A stretch of DNA of 47,433 nucleotides from Phoronis australis. Taxonomy: Eukaryota > Animalia > Phoronida. Within the stretch, counting starts at the first letter, position 1, and every line of letters begins with the position of its first letter. Positions 1 through 10,399 of the stretch are shown here, in pieces. The notes under the pieces were generated by a model. The model worked only from the letters and a program-made list of their open reading frames with translations. It searched no databases and was not told the origin of the DNA. The stretch spans positions 365,878 to 413,310 of the forward strand of contig NMRA01000035.1 of the NCBI GenBank assembly GCA_002633005.1, given 5' to 3'. Position numbers and translations under genes: made by a program.

Positions 1-429
1 ACAGAACACATGTTTATTTCCAGACTAACAGTACAGGTCTTCGTTCTTAAACAACTTGAGGCTGCTGTTACGCGATCATCTGTTATTCAATGTTTTACTC
101 CCCGTCGGGTGCTCCTTATGCTCTTGAATATTTGGTAGTTGTCTAACCCCCCACACACACCACACTTTTTCATATACGACTTTTCGTATGCTAAAAAGGT
201 GTGTATAAGCAGATGTTCCAACAAAAATTTTTGCTGGTGGCGTAATTCATACCCAGATGTGCACAAATATGATTTCACGAAACTTGTGAGCCACGTTCAT
301 GCGACGAAATCGAGAAGGGTTTTAAATTATCTTAAGAAAAACTCAAGAGACATGTTATTAGTGCCAGAAACTTACCAGGATGCATGGAAATTTCACTATT
401 TGGCTACAAAAACAAAAAAATGGTCTTAC

Positions 430-544
430 ACGGAGGGGGGAAACCCCCCTCCCGACCTCCCCCCTCTCGGCGCCACGTGCCTCGGATTCGACCTTTGCGG
501 GAATCCTAAACCCCCCCCTTACTGAAAACGTAGATCCGCCCCTG
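430..544. mobile_element. Terminal part of a G/C-run-rich non-autonomous DNA transposon (MITE; terminus ...AGATCCGCCCCTG)
   Basis: Ends in gatccgcccctg, the reverse complement of CAGGGGCGGATC. Related termini occur at about 8999, 36495 and 47302. The other end was not located. Confidence 0.55.
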
Positions 545-694
545 CACCGCATAAACTTGCAGAGAACTGGTGTTACATCATTGCGTCAATTCTTTCAAAT
601 GATAGTCGTGTATTCAATACTAATGGTGAGGATGCCTTGGAAACCTGATGTTGGGTGGTTAGCAGGAATAAACAAGAAATTGGATCACGGTGCT

Positions 695-700
695 TTTATT
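695..700 (-). terminator. Putative polyadenylation signal (AATAAA) of bZIP copy A
   Basis: tttatt on + strand, in a block conserved with the paralogous site at 12388-12393 (tttattgacacgatacttgtgttctaatcataa vs tttattgacccgttaactgtgttctaatcataa). Homology between the copies ends shortly beyond it. Confidence 0.55.
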
Positions 701-2147
701 GACACGATACTTGTGTTCTAATCATAATTTCTGCGCAATGCATTTTCGTTTTCTCAATCTTCCAGATAAAGTCACATCTTTATTAGTACATACGACCTTT
801 GTCCAACAAAACAACAGGTGCCTTGAACAGGTACTAGCAATATTTTCAGTCGACAGCATTACCTGTCCATGTAAGATCAGCAATTTTATTTAACTTTTCT
901 TCTATCCTAGACAAATGAATTATTGAAACTGGTTACAATCAGAACAAGTGATACAAAATACAAGAATGACCCCTTAATACAACTATACCTACAGTAGCAT
1001 CATTACCGCCACCTTTCGGAAATCATCTATGAGACAATACATTGGGTGCCCATCTCAATGAAGATGAAATTAGCCCCTAATGATGGCCAGGCCAGTATGA
1101 TCGTTTAGTAATGACTTATTGATATCAACTAGAGTACATTGAATATTAATAACAGCAACAACAATAAACATCAGGTTTAACTTCAAAATCAGGACAATAA
1201 AAATAGTTCTTTAATAGATACTGATAAAAAGTAAATATATGTTGAGCTATACGATAGAATAAAATGTATAAAATATGCTGGTTTTATATAGATTCCATGA
1301 ATGTAAATACCGTTGTTTGATTCCATAAAATAAATACACTCACATCTCTAACAGGAGGCAATAAAAAGAACATAGTTTGATTTGGCATACATTGAAAGAC
1401 TTGCAAAAACGAGGGTGCGACCAAACATCGCGCACTCGTGACCAAAATAAAAACTAGGGAGTGCTCAAACAAAGATCCCACGTGACCAAAATTCAGACAA
1501 TTCCAACAGTAAGGTACACGATGTTCCGTACCAATCCTAAAATACCTGAGTCGAGTTCAATTACTGTCTCCCGGAGATAAAAATTTAGCCAAAACCACAT
1601 GCCCTCATTGAAAATGCAACGCAATATCTCGTGGAATCTTGCGAGATCTTGCTACTCTAGCGAGACTTTAGCGTTACTGAACTCCACTTGAACAATGTTG
1701 ATCAACATCGCAAGAATCAACCCAGCTGACCCGACAAGTAGTTCCTGTTAATCAGGGAAGGTAGGTCCTGTTGCCAAACTTATTGGCTAACTCATCTAAA
1801 AACCAGCTCACTTGAGCCGACAAAAATTTACAATAGATATAATACAGACAATTAAAATAGAATTTGTTTTATTGTAAAGTATCATAACACAATAATGATT
1901 TTTAAACTATAATAACGCTTTTAACTATTAATGCACAGTGTTTTAACTATTAAAATATTTTAAAGCCTCGATCCCCAATAGGGCAGTTCTCTATTTTGAA
2001 ATAAGAAAGTTAAAGTGAATTAAAAAAATATGACAGCTGCATAAGATATAAAACATACAGAATGTAAAAAGCTAATGCTTATTTTTATAAATAAAGCACC
2101 TTCTATTAGCCAGCAATAGAAGTTTGATTCTTTCTTCAAATACATAC

Positions 2148-2359
2148 CATGCGCGCACCCAGGGGAGGCTCGGGGGGCTCGAACGAGCCCCCCATTTGGC
2201 GAGATAACTGGATAAAAGACCACTAAATAAGCGCGAACGCGCACTTCATTGTGTTGCCCCATTTTTTTTAGTTTGCCCGCTGTTTTGTTAGGATGTTTGG
2301 ATAAGGTCCACAACGTCAAGAATTCGAGCGCCCCTAAATTGAAGGCTGGGTGCGCGGTA
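2148..2359. mobile_element. MITE inserted in the putative 3'UTR of bZIP copy A
   Basis: TIR-like ends catgcgcgcacccag...ctgggtgcgcg. Absent from the paralogous position near 13915-13930. Same family as 14056-14195. Confidence 0.75.
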
Positions 2360-3015
2360 TAGACAGCAAAATTGCATTTCCACTTTTAATAACAACACGA
2401 TACACTGTAGAACTTCAATAGATATCCTTTGGAATTTGCATGACAGACAAATGTCGTTCGTAAGAACCAGAAATCATGTTACAAGTATATTGAGCAATAC
2501 TAATTGCGAAAAAGATATCAACCATCCGGAAATTGGTAAAATTAACCAACTGTTTCACAGATTTTCGGATAATATATATTTCTTTAATACCCTGAGAGAC
2601 TTCTTTGGCGTTTAGAGCAAACACAGCTCACTTCACTCGCTTTTATTTGTGTAAGGCCTTGTTTCCATAACTGAAGTTTGACTGCAGGAAGTTTTCAAAA
2701 GTGTACCGTGCAGAGGTGATTACGTTCTATTCGTAAACAACACCGGCACTCTGGATTTCATTGCCACCTCTGTCAAAATTGTCAAACATTAAGCCCCAGA
2801 AAACTGCGTGCTTCGTTGCAGTCAAACACAGTCAGTTGTGTTTCTAGACCAGACGTCCTGGATTCTGTCCAATTTTCACGCCACGGATTATGGTTAGTCT
2901 GGTATACCTTCAGACTAAGGGCCCTCCGTGGAAGATAGTGTCCAACCAGTTCGTGTGAATCGATACAATTTTCTCAACTACTCAGGCACTCTGCAAGTCA
3001 ATAATCTATAACTTG

Positions 3016-3186
3016 TTAACAGCCAGTGGCTTGGCGATCAGTCCCACCCAAAACGTCACCGGCAGTGCCTCCATGAAACACTTCAAAGTGTGTCCGAATT
3101 AAATTCATCAAATCTTCACGTTCGCGCGTCAGCTTTCGCACTGTATGATGAAGTTGTGTGTTTTTCGCTTCCAACTCTAAGATTTC
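3016..3186 (-). CDS. bZIP copy A last coding exon (leucine zipper EILELEAKNTQL...RQATGC*)
   Basis: Acceptor AG at 3188-3187, 57 codons, TAA at 3018-3016. Missing from the ORF track; nearly identical to 14690-14860. Confidence 0.9.
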   Translation of the reverse strand, partial: EILELEAKNTQLHHTVRKLTREREDLMNLIRTHFEVFHGGTAGDVLGGTDRQATGC

Positions 3187-4413
3187 CTACAACCGAAAAC
3201 ACATAGTAACTAGGTACTCAAGTTGTTGATTTTTGGTTTAGAATTAAGGTAGCCATAGGAAAGATTTGTTTGAACAAAAAACTCAGTGTAAATAACGAGC
3301 ATGGCCATTGACACTATTATTATTCAAACTGTTTTTGAAAAATTAGCAAAAAATCGATAGTGTGCACAGATAGGCGTCCATTAAGCAAGACAAGACATTA
3401 TCCGTTGCAAACCAGTTTTGCAAATAAAAGAAAATCTCTCTACTAACGGGCGGCTTCCAGCCAACAGCAGTATTGCAATCGCTGATATTTTGGGTCTGAG
3501 AAAACAGAACAATGCAAAAAAAGAAATAACAATACCCACCGTTGACAACTGGTCAGCTTTCTGTTTTTTCTTATCCCTACACCTTTGGGCGGCCAGTTTA
3601 TTTAGATGTCGCCTTCTTTCGACACGTTCCTGCTCTTCAGGGCTCAATTCCTGTAAACAATCGTTACAAATACAAACGAATTCAGATTTTTTCTGCCGTA
3701 ACCAAAATCTTGGGTGAGTGCTTAGATTACCACTCCGCTTTGCACTGAGACCGGTCATAAATGCAAACGTGGACAAGTAATACAGACCACCAATAACAAA
3801 ATTTGTCCAAGCACACGAACCAGCAAAGCCCACCGTCGCAAAGACAAACATGTTTAATATTAAAATATATAATCAACATCTAAAAATAAAGCTCAACCGG
3901 TTTTAGAAATCAAAAGTATATATTAGGGCGTGTCACAAATTTATAACTCTGAAGTAATTAAGGCTACAAATATAATTTGAGTTCCACTCCGACCATAATA
4001 TGTCACCAAAGAAAGCAAGAAGGGTTAACTCGCCTTATTTCACGAATCCATTTTTGACCATCGGAAAATGAGCCAAAATGCTCGATGACTAAGTGTTGTG
4101 TGAAACGAGATGTCTCAAAGCTATAGTCATGTAACCTTAACTGGGCTTTTTACATTGCACATGTGCTCACCTCGCTATTGGTGTCATCGCCAAATTCATC
4201 TTCAGCACTTAACGTTAGGTCGTTTCTGTTTAAAATAATGGTCTTTAAATGTTCACGGACGGTGGTTGGTACGTTGTCACAATTGTGTTCATCATGCTTC
4301 CCTGCGCTGCAAGCCTCACTCACGTTTCGAGCAGTCAGCGGTATGTCTGGCTGCCACGTGGCTGCGTAACCCATCGTCTGCTCATCCATTTCGTGGCGTA
4401 TGTCTCTCACCAT
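3016..4413 (-). CDS. ATF3: ATF3/JDP2-like bZIP transcription factor, copy A (about 174 aa, 3 coding exons)
   Basis: Exons 4413-4171, 3650-3540 and 3186-3016 join with GT-AG phase-0 introns. Basic region ERRRHLNKLAAQRCRDKKK, L-L-L-L-L-H heptad zipper, and N-terminal motif PTTVREHLKTIILNR resembling ATF3 PFVKEELRFAIQNK. Orthology not tested. Confidence 0.85.
3540..3650 (-). CDS. bZIP copy A basic-region exon (ELSPEEQ...ADQLST)
   Basis: 111 bp, AG acceptor and GTGGGT donor; lies within ORF 3381..3851. Confidence 0.92.
4171..4413 (-). CDS. bZIP copy A first coding exon (MVRDIRHEMDEQ...DDTNSE)
   Basis: Acceptor at 4421-4420, ATG at 4413, GTGAGC donor. Homologous to 15870-16130. Confidence 0.85.
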
Positions 4414-4780
4414 TTTCAACTGGAAAATATAAAAATGACATTAATAAAAGTTGTCCCTGAATTTTAGCTGCCAAACTAGTGAAGACAGACTGCACAATCT
4501 CGGATAAAACAGATGAGACACTTTACTAAGCAGAAACCCCGCGCAGTTTTGCTCTAAAACTACATAAAGCATGATTACCGAGTGTTAATTGTTTTTACCC
4601 GGCGGGCTGCTTTCGTGACTTCCCCGAGAAAAGCTCAGTGACCAGCTTGAGACCTGCCAGTGAATTCCTGGCTCGCGAACCGCAAGCACCCGAAATAGTC
4701 GCCGAGGGGGACCGGTCACTAGTCAACTGCATGTGAGGCCCACGCGAGGATGGGTTAGGCATCCGTTCTTTACGTACATG

Positions 4781-4880
4781 ACTTACCTGAAGTTAAAACT
4801 GGCAACGTGTGACAATACGCCAATTGATGAATCTTCGCAATCGCGCCGACCAGGTGAACGTCTGCACGGTGAATCACGAC
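4781..4880 (-). other. Putative non-coding exon 1 and proximal promoter of bZIP copy A (donor CAG|GTAAGT, exon end 4787)
   Basis: Consensus donor (acttacctg on +) is matched in copy B at 17022-17030, and both have a conserved GTGAATCACG about 90 bp upstream. TSS unknown. Confidence 0.5.
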
Positions 4881-5263
4881 GGATTTTGCAATCGGCGCCG
4901 GGTCTTGCGACAGGCAGCCCTCAAAAAGGCCAAGTCAGCTCGAACCGATTCAAGAAAACTCGAGTCAGCAGATATACGTTTCGGTGATTTCATCACTTAT
5001 TGCGACAAGTTGTGAAAATCTAGTTTTATTAGCAAGGCTATCAATTGTAGGCCTACCACCGTACGGTTGCACCATACGAGTACAGTAGGTTGCACAACGT
5101 TTCAGTTGTTCCGGCGTGACGACTCATCTCATGTAGGTAACATTTGTAAGTGGAGAACTTTACCGTTAAAATATCATTTATTACAATATTTAGCTACGTA
5201 CTTACTGTGTTCAAGCTACGTTGTGAGAGGAATGGGATGTTTACTTGTATTTATGTACGCATT

Positions 5264-5358
5264 AGAACATTCTAGATCCGCACTGAGCCGGTTCATTCAG
5301 GCATGTGTAAACATGTGACGTAGCACTCAGCAGCTATTTATAGATACTGGAATTCCCC
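5264..5358. promoter_or_regulatory. Upstream motif cluster of copy A: HSE-like (5264-5278), CRE-like TGACGTAG (5316-5323), MEF2 CTATTTATAG (5334-5343), kB GGAATTCCCC (5349-5358)
   Basis: Motif matches are conserved in order with 17498-17608. Confidence 0.65.
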
Positions 5359-5811
5359 GCAAACTGACCTGGGTGGCCCGTTTCATGAAAAGTGAAGCAA
5401 GACTTGAGGCCGCAATTCAGACTGAGTTTAGAACGAAGAAGAAAATTCAGAACAGGCCATTTTGTGAACAAAATGCCGGTTAGAGAGAAATTAAGATGGT
5501 ATTTGACACAAATGATCACATAAACTATGAATTCGCCACCTATTGCGAAGTCTCGAAACTAAAGGAAGGCGTTACGTGAAATGCGGCTTCATTTTAAAGT
5601 GGCATAGAACGTGGAAAATAAACTAAACTAAACTAAACTATGGTCGTTCCACTGAAACAGAAGTCGAAATGTTCAGAAAGTATTTTACAGTTTGTTCGTA
5701 AAGATTTTGAATTTCTGTTGATGTAAATCAATTTTCCTTTATTCAAATTTCCCGCAAAAAGCGATCTTGCTGTCACTTCGTCGATTTTCTCCCACAGGGC
5801 CAAGCACGTTT

Positions 5812-5821
5812 CCTTATTTGG
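5812..5821. promoter_or_regulatory. CArG box (CCTTATTTGG), candidate SRF site
   Basis: Exact CC(A/T)6GG match upstream of copy A. No counterpart seen in copy B. Confidence 0.35.
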
Positions 5822-6279
5822 CATGGCAAGACATACACATAGCACATTTCCCTCGTGTGACCTTAGACGTGAACGAAAACGACAGCAATTTCAAGCTGCA
5901 GCCACTAATCTGTATGTGTTTCAAAAATAGTAAATCTGACAATTTTTTTCTAGAAATTTTTGCAATATTCAAAGTGAATAACTCTGGCTTTAGCATACCC
6001 AATAAGTAAATTCGAAATCAGTTTAAAAATATATTTACGACTTTTTAATGCGTTAAAGAGTTCCTCCATGACCCTGTGTCTCGAAAGGAATGTTACTATT
6101 ACATCTTAACAGATTTAATAGCCTTTGGTACACCTGTTGCTACGAAACAAGCCAAAATTTTTAAAAATTAATTTTTCTGTTATCGCAGTGAGTGGAAGAC
6201 CGCCTCCGCCGTTGTTGTTTCACCAGTGCGATACTGAGGAGTTGTGAAGAAAGTCCGCGGAGAGCCGCATTTTTCAGAC

Positions 6280-6390
6280 ATGAAAAGGTGCGTTTGTGAA
6301 AACTGTGGTAACAACAACTTGACTGAGAACGTCTCTGTGTTCAAATTTCCTAAATACGTGAAAGTTGCACAGAAATGGCATCGGTTTGTC
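6280..6390 (+). pseudogene. THAP zinc-finger N-terminal fragment, interrupted by a MITE
   Basis: C-x4-C...FKFP...W signature. Possible continuation (PWTP, RLCSFH) at about 6615-6730. Confidence 0.65.
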
Positions 6391-6540
6391 ATAGGCGGCG
6401 CACCATAGGGGGCTGGGGGAGGACTATAGCCCCGCATTTTCAGTGCTAAGCCGCCCATGTTCTATAGGCGGTGCACCACAGGGGGGCTGGGAGGGGGGGG
6501 GGGCTTTAGCCCCCACCTTTTACAATGAAGGACTCACCAC
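6390..6540. mobile_element. Two adjacent G-rich MITE pieces (CATAGGCGGCGCACC family) nested in the Kolobok-like element
   Basis: cataggcggcgcacc...ccgcccatg at 6390-6458 is followed by a second tataggcggtgcacc start. Right boundary approximate. Confidence 0.55.
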
Positions 6541-6666
6541 CAAGTAAGTGCATTTGCAAATTTTGTAAATAACGAACAAACTGCTTCCCGGCATTCTAAG
6601 GCGAGTGATGCCAGGCCCTGGACTCCGGCCCAGGTCGAGTGCAACTACAAGTAGGCTTACGCCTAT

Positions 6667-6695
6667 CAATGAGCTATACCTGGTATAGCTCATTG
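6667..6695. mobile_element. 29 bp perfect palindromic mini-element with 7 bp TSD (CGCCTAT)
   Basis: caatgagctatacc-t-ggtatagctcattg, flanked by cgcctat at 6660-6666 and 6696-6702. Confidence 0.75.
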
Positions 6696-7736
6696 CGCCT
6701 ATGGTGTTTAGACTGTGCTCATTCCATCATGGCAATAGTGAATACGAGTAACCCAGGTTTACTGTGACCTTTGTCAGTAATTATTAAGTTAGTATTTTGT
6801 GAGTTTTGACCACCACTTGTTTAAGTTAGTTGTGGCACACATATGTCGGCAGCATTTCTCGTGCAAGTGGATCGAGTTCATACGGCCTCAAAGCCGACGA
6901 AAGTTCGCTAAATGGGAAATCGAATTCATTGTCTGATTCTTCAAGTACTTGAGTGGGATTCCCGTATCCACTCTCCTCTCTGTCTGCATAATAATTGTCC
7001 TATTCTCGCCCAATATCGTCCTTGTCTTCTGACCTGCAGTGTTCCGACATTGCAAATGATTGTCAAGCGGCCAACCGTCTTCCACAAATTGCATCATTTG
7101 GCGGGAAACTTAGAAATAAGTAATTTTTCTTCAAAATTAATGCGACAATTTGGCATAAAAAGTGCCTATTTAGTAAGATTTTATGGCATTTGATTCATAT
7201 TATCTAACTGAAACCTAAAAAGTAAGAAAATGCATGATGGGAACTCTTTAATCTTGGTCTGGAAACTCTAAATGGGGATTTATTTATAATATCTTGAATA
7301 CAATCCTGATCTTGTTTACATGAAAAGATCCTGGTATCGCTGAAAAACATAATCGTTTCACATGTGCAGGTAAAACTGCATTGTCTCTACCGGCGCTGTT
7401 TGCCGGTGACCGGGGTTCTTGAGTTGAAAGCACAGTGAAAGATCGCGAAAAATATCAAGGAGATTTGCTCCCCAACAGTTTACAGTGATAAAAATCCGTT
7501 AACTTAGTCATTTAGACCAAAAGTCCAATGTTAAGCCAACCCCGTAACAGTCTAACTTATGGTCAGTTTTAATTTCCTAATGATCGCGTGGGGTCTTAGA
7601 GTTCTCAAGTTAAGACAGAAAACGTTTTGTGGAACGGATCCCAGGCTTTTTACACCGGTTGCACAAGCAAAAGATACACTCTGAGACAGCAACAATCCCT
7701 GATACATAAACAGCACTAGTGATATGTAAGCCTATG

Positions 7737-7778
7737 CATGGGCGGTGCAGCACTGAAATAAGTGGTGCGCCGCCCATG
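7737..7778. mobile_element. 42 bp mini-MITE with 5 bp TSD (CTATG)
   Basis: TIRs catgggcggtgca/tgcgccgcccatg; ctatg at 7732-7736 and 7779-7783. Confidence 0.7.
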
Positions 7779-8869
7779 CTATGGCAACAATGAAGATGCA
7801 TCATCATGCACCACGTTGCGCACGTACAACAGTCACGAGAAGTTTGGACGACCCACTCGTCACCTAAGAATGTCGCCGCGTGGATGACAATAGATGTCGT
7901 CAATATCGATGCACATTGTAGACAGTGCCGGGTACGACGTTATGTGCGGTGAACGTCGACACATATTGTGGCCTCATGCGTCACAGCTAGTACTGGGCTG
8001 GCATTACTCTCCCCAGCAAGGCACATTTTTATTATGCACGCAGACGACACGAATCTGCTGTTTCCTTTACATGGTAATAAAACACAACCTTATCAGTATA
8101 AACAACTCGGTGCCATATTGACAGATTAACTATAGCTAAACACAAATAAAACAAAATTTACGGTGTTTTGGTTTCGTCAGGAAAAAATAATCGAGTAGAA
8201 GATTTCAGGTTTTATGGTATTTTTATAGTAGACAGTCATCTTTCCTATACTCAGTGAAACAAGCATGTTGGAAAATTTTGCCTAACAAAATTTGCGATAA
8301 CTGCGGGCGTTTTTTCCATATTGATGCATTATTCATCCTAAACACACATTTGTATACATGATAAGTATGATCTCATACTGCCACATTGGCACCTTAGCAA
8401 ACACTAAGGACTTAACTTAACTTGTTAAAGTTTTTAGACACTTTGACAAGTTTTTGTTGACATATTTAACCAAAGCGCGGTCCTTATAGTTTAAAGCATA
8501 ACGCGATGGTATTTTTCATTTGATAACATTATTTCCAACTCCACCAATCACCAAGAAATCGAGTGTTCCTGGAATATGCAGCCAATAACCGGTCGTAAAA
8601 ATACCCACCTAATAGAAAAAGTTGTCAAAATTCATTAATGTCTACAAGTAATGTAACACACAAAATCGACACACAGCTTAAACGAATTTCTATCTAGTTA
8701 AAATCCGATTACAAACCCCTTGACCTTCTGATATTGACCTATATTGGATCAAACGGTTTTTCCAAAAATTTGTGTTGGAACCTCCATGCCAAATTCAAGG
8801 TATACCGACAGTAACGTGAATTATCATCCGTCATGTGACCCATCCATATAAATGCTGAGATCTCATTGG

Positions 8870-8999
8870 TGGGTACACGGAAAGGGTCAAAGGGGTACGG
8901 AGCACCTTTTTTCCTTTGATTTCAAATTGTTGACTTGGACTCCTCTTTTCAAAAGAATCCTTGACCCGACCCCCTTTTAAAAATCCTGGATCCGCCCTG
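8870..8999. mobile_element. MITE remnant ending ...AAATCCTGGATCCGCCCTG
   Basis: Terminus related to those at 544, 36495 and 47302. Left boundary approximate. Confidence 0.45.
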
Positions 9000-9259
9000 G
9001 ATCTACACAATCACCAAATGAGCAAAGCATTGATTGTCTAGAATTGAATGAGTTACATGTTCAAGTTGGGCCTGGATCCAGGGTCTCTGCATCCATTGAC
9101 TCAACACAAGGATTCGCTCAGTCCAAATAGGTTATACGCGTCATTCCCTCAAATAACACAGTAAACACGCTAAGAGCGACCGGAGGGCGAAAATTGGAAC
9201 GGTGGAGGACAAAATGAGAAATTTAGAACAATGAGGGGTGGGGGATTTTGACGACTCGT

Positions 9260-10397
9260 TCATAAAGTACAAAAATTAATTAATCCAATTAGAATTATAT
9301 CTCGTCATCTCAACTCCATGCATCTTGAAACTTTGTTCAAGTCTTTTGCACTTCCACATCTAGATTACTGTGACATACCAATCGGCAAACGACGGCATAC
9401 TTTTTCAATTAGAAAAACTACAATACCAAGCAGCTTTAGCCATAACAGGGGCATACAAAGGGTCCAACACAACCAAGGTTCTAAATACTCTTAAATGGAG
9501 CAAACTAGCAACCCGTCGTAAACTCCACCTGTCCATGTATACATTCAAAGTCTTGACGAACATAAACAATTACTCTAACAAAATCCTGTTTGACTCCTTC
9601 AAAAGACCAAACACGAGACCAGGACTGCGACAAAGTAATATGCACGCTATTCCATCTTCCATCAGCCAAGCCTTCAGGAGATCAACGATATGAACTTGTA
9701 TTGGCAACTGTAATTCCTTACCATTCAAAATAAAAGAAAGCACTTCAACCGTCACTCTCAAAAGTAACTTTAAAATGCATACCACTACTCAAACTTGCCA
9801 GTCATATTGATATCATTTCAACTTCCTCGCAACCATGAAATAACCCTATACAGATCAAGATGCGGTCTATTCCTAAACAACGAGAAATTTAGACATAATT
9901 TTAATAACAGTTCGCCGCTGTGTTCCTGTGGAGACACACAGACATATCCTCATGTTTTCTTTGCTTGTGAGGTATGCAAGGAGCAGAGGGTACAGCTTTT
10001 CCAGACACTCGAACAATACCCCAATGTTTACAAAAAATATTCCGAAATTCCGCAATTGTACAACAAAATTATTTTTTTCTATATGGATGTCAAAAACTCA
10101 GCCCAAATGAAAATAAGGTTTTATTCGAAACAGTATCAGAATTTCTTTATAACATTTAGTCTATATGTGAGTGGAGAGAATTGTATAAATGTGTATGAAA
10201 ATGAATTACTTACAATCGTAATTATATAATTATCATTGTAATCTTAACATCATTTTTTAATATTTATGTATTCGTGTAAAATAATTGTAAAAAGACTTCT
10301 TTGTATTTTTTAACCCAGATCTAATGCCTCTTGGCGCTTTCTGGGTTATGTATATTCATTGTATTCTGAAGATTTCGTAATAAACATTTTAAAAAAG
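9260..10397 (+). mobile_element. 5'-truncated, frameshifted CR1/L2-group LINE (C-terminal ORF2 and 3' end)
   Basis: Pieces translate as LFKSFALPHLDYCDI, LEKLQYQAALAITGAYKGSNTTKVLNTLKW...RR and SPLCSCGDTQTYPHVFFAC. A 3' hairpin (aacccaga...tctgggtt) and an AATAAA/A-rich tail lie at 10379-10397. Confidence 0.85.
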
Positions 10398-10399
10398 TA

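Larger units (their letters stand above)
580..5360. repeat. Segmental duplication, copy A (ATF3-like gene, 3'UTR and upstream region); paralogous to about 12325-17610
   Basis: Colinear alignable blocks across the 3'UTR, exons, intron edges and upstream motifs, read by eye. Confidence 0.9.
6057..7247 (+). mobile_element. Degenerate Kolobok-like DNA transposon with a THAP-domain remnant
   Basis: TTAA flanks at 6053-6056 and 7248-7251; TIRs AGAGTTCC.../...GGAACTCT; reading frame from ATG 6280 gives MKRCVCENCGNNNLTENVSVFKFPKYVKVAQKWHRFV. Confidence 0.7.

Noticed and set aside
139-721. Overlapping 113-128 aa ORFs
   Set aside because: No recognisable domain; they overlap a MITE end and the distal bZIP 3' region.
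5334-5343. TATA box for bZIP copy A (TATAAATA on the minus strand)
   Set aside because: The paralogous site has the opposite orientation, while both fit CTA(A/T)4TAG; MEF2 explains this better. Not fully excluded without TSS data.
7610-8121. Cys-rich ORFs as a possible small secreted or metal-binding protein
   Set aside because: No recognisable motif or splice support, and the frame runs through an inserted mini-MITE; probably decayed repeat.
9370-10229. Host genes encoded by ORFs 9370..9693 and 9795..10229
   Set aside because: They are frameshifted pieces of a single LINE ORF2.
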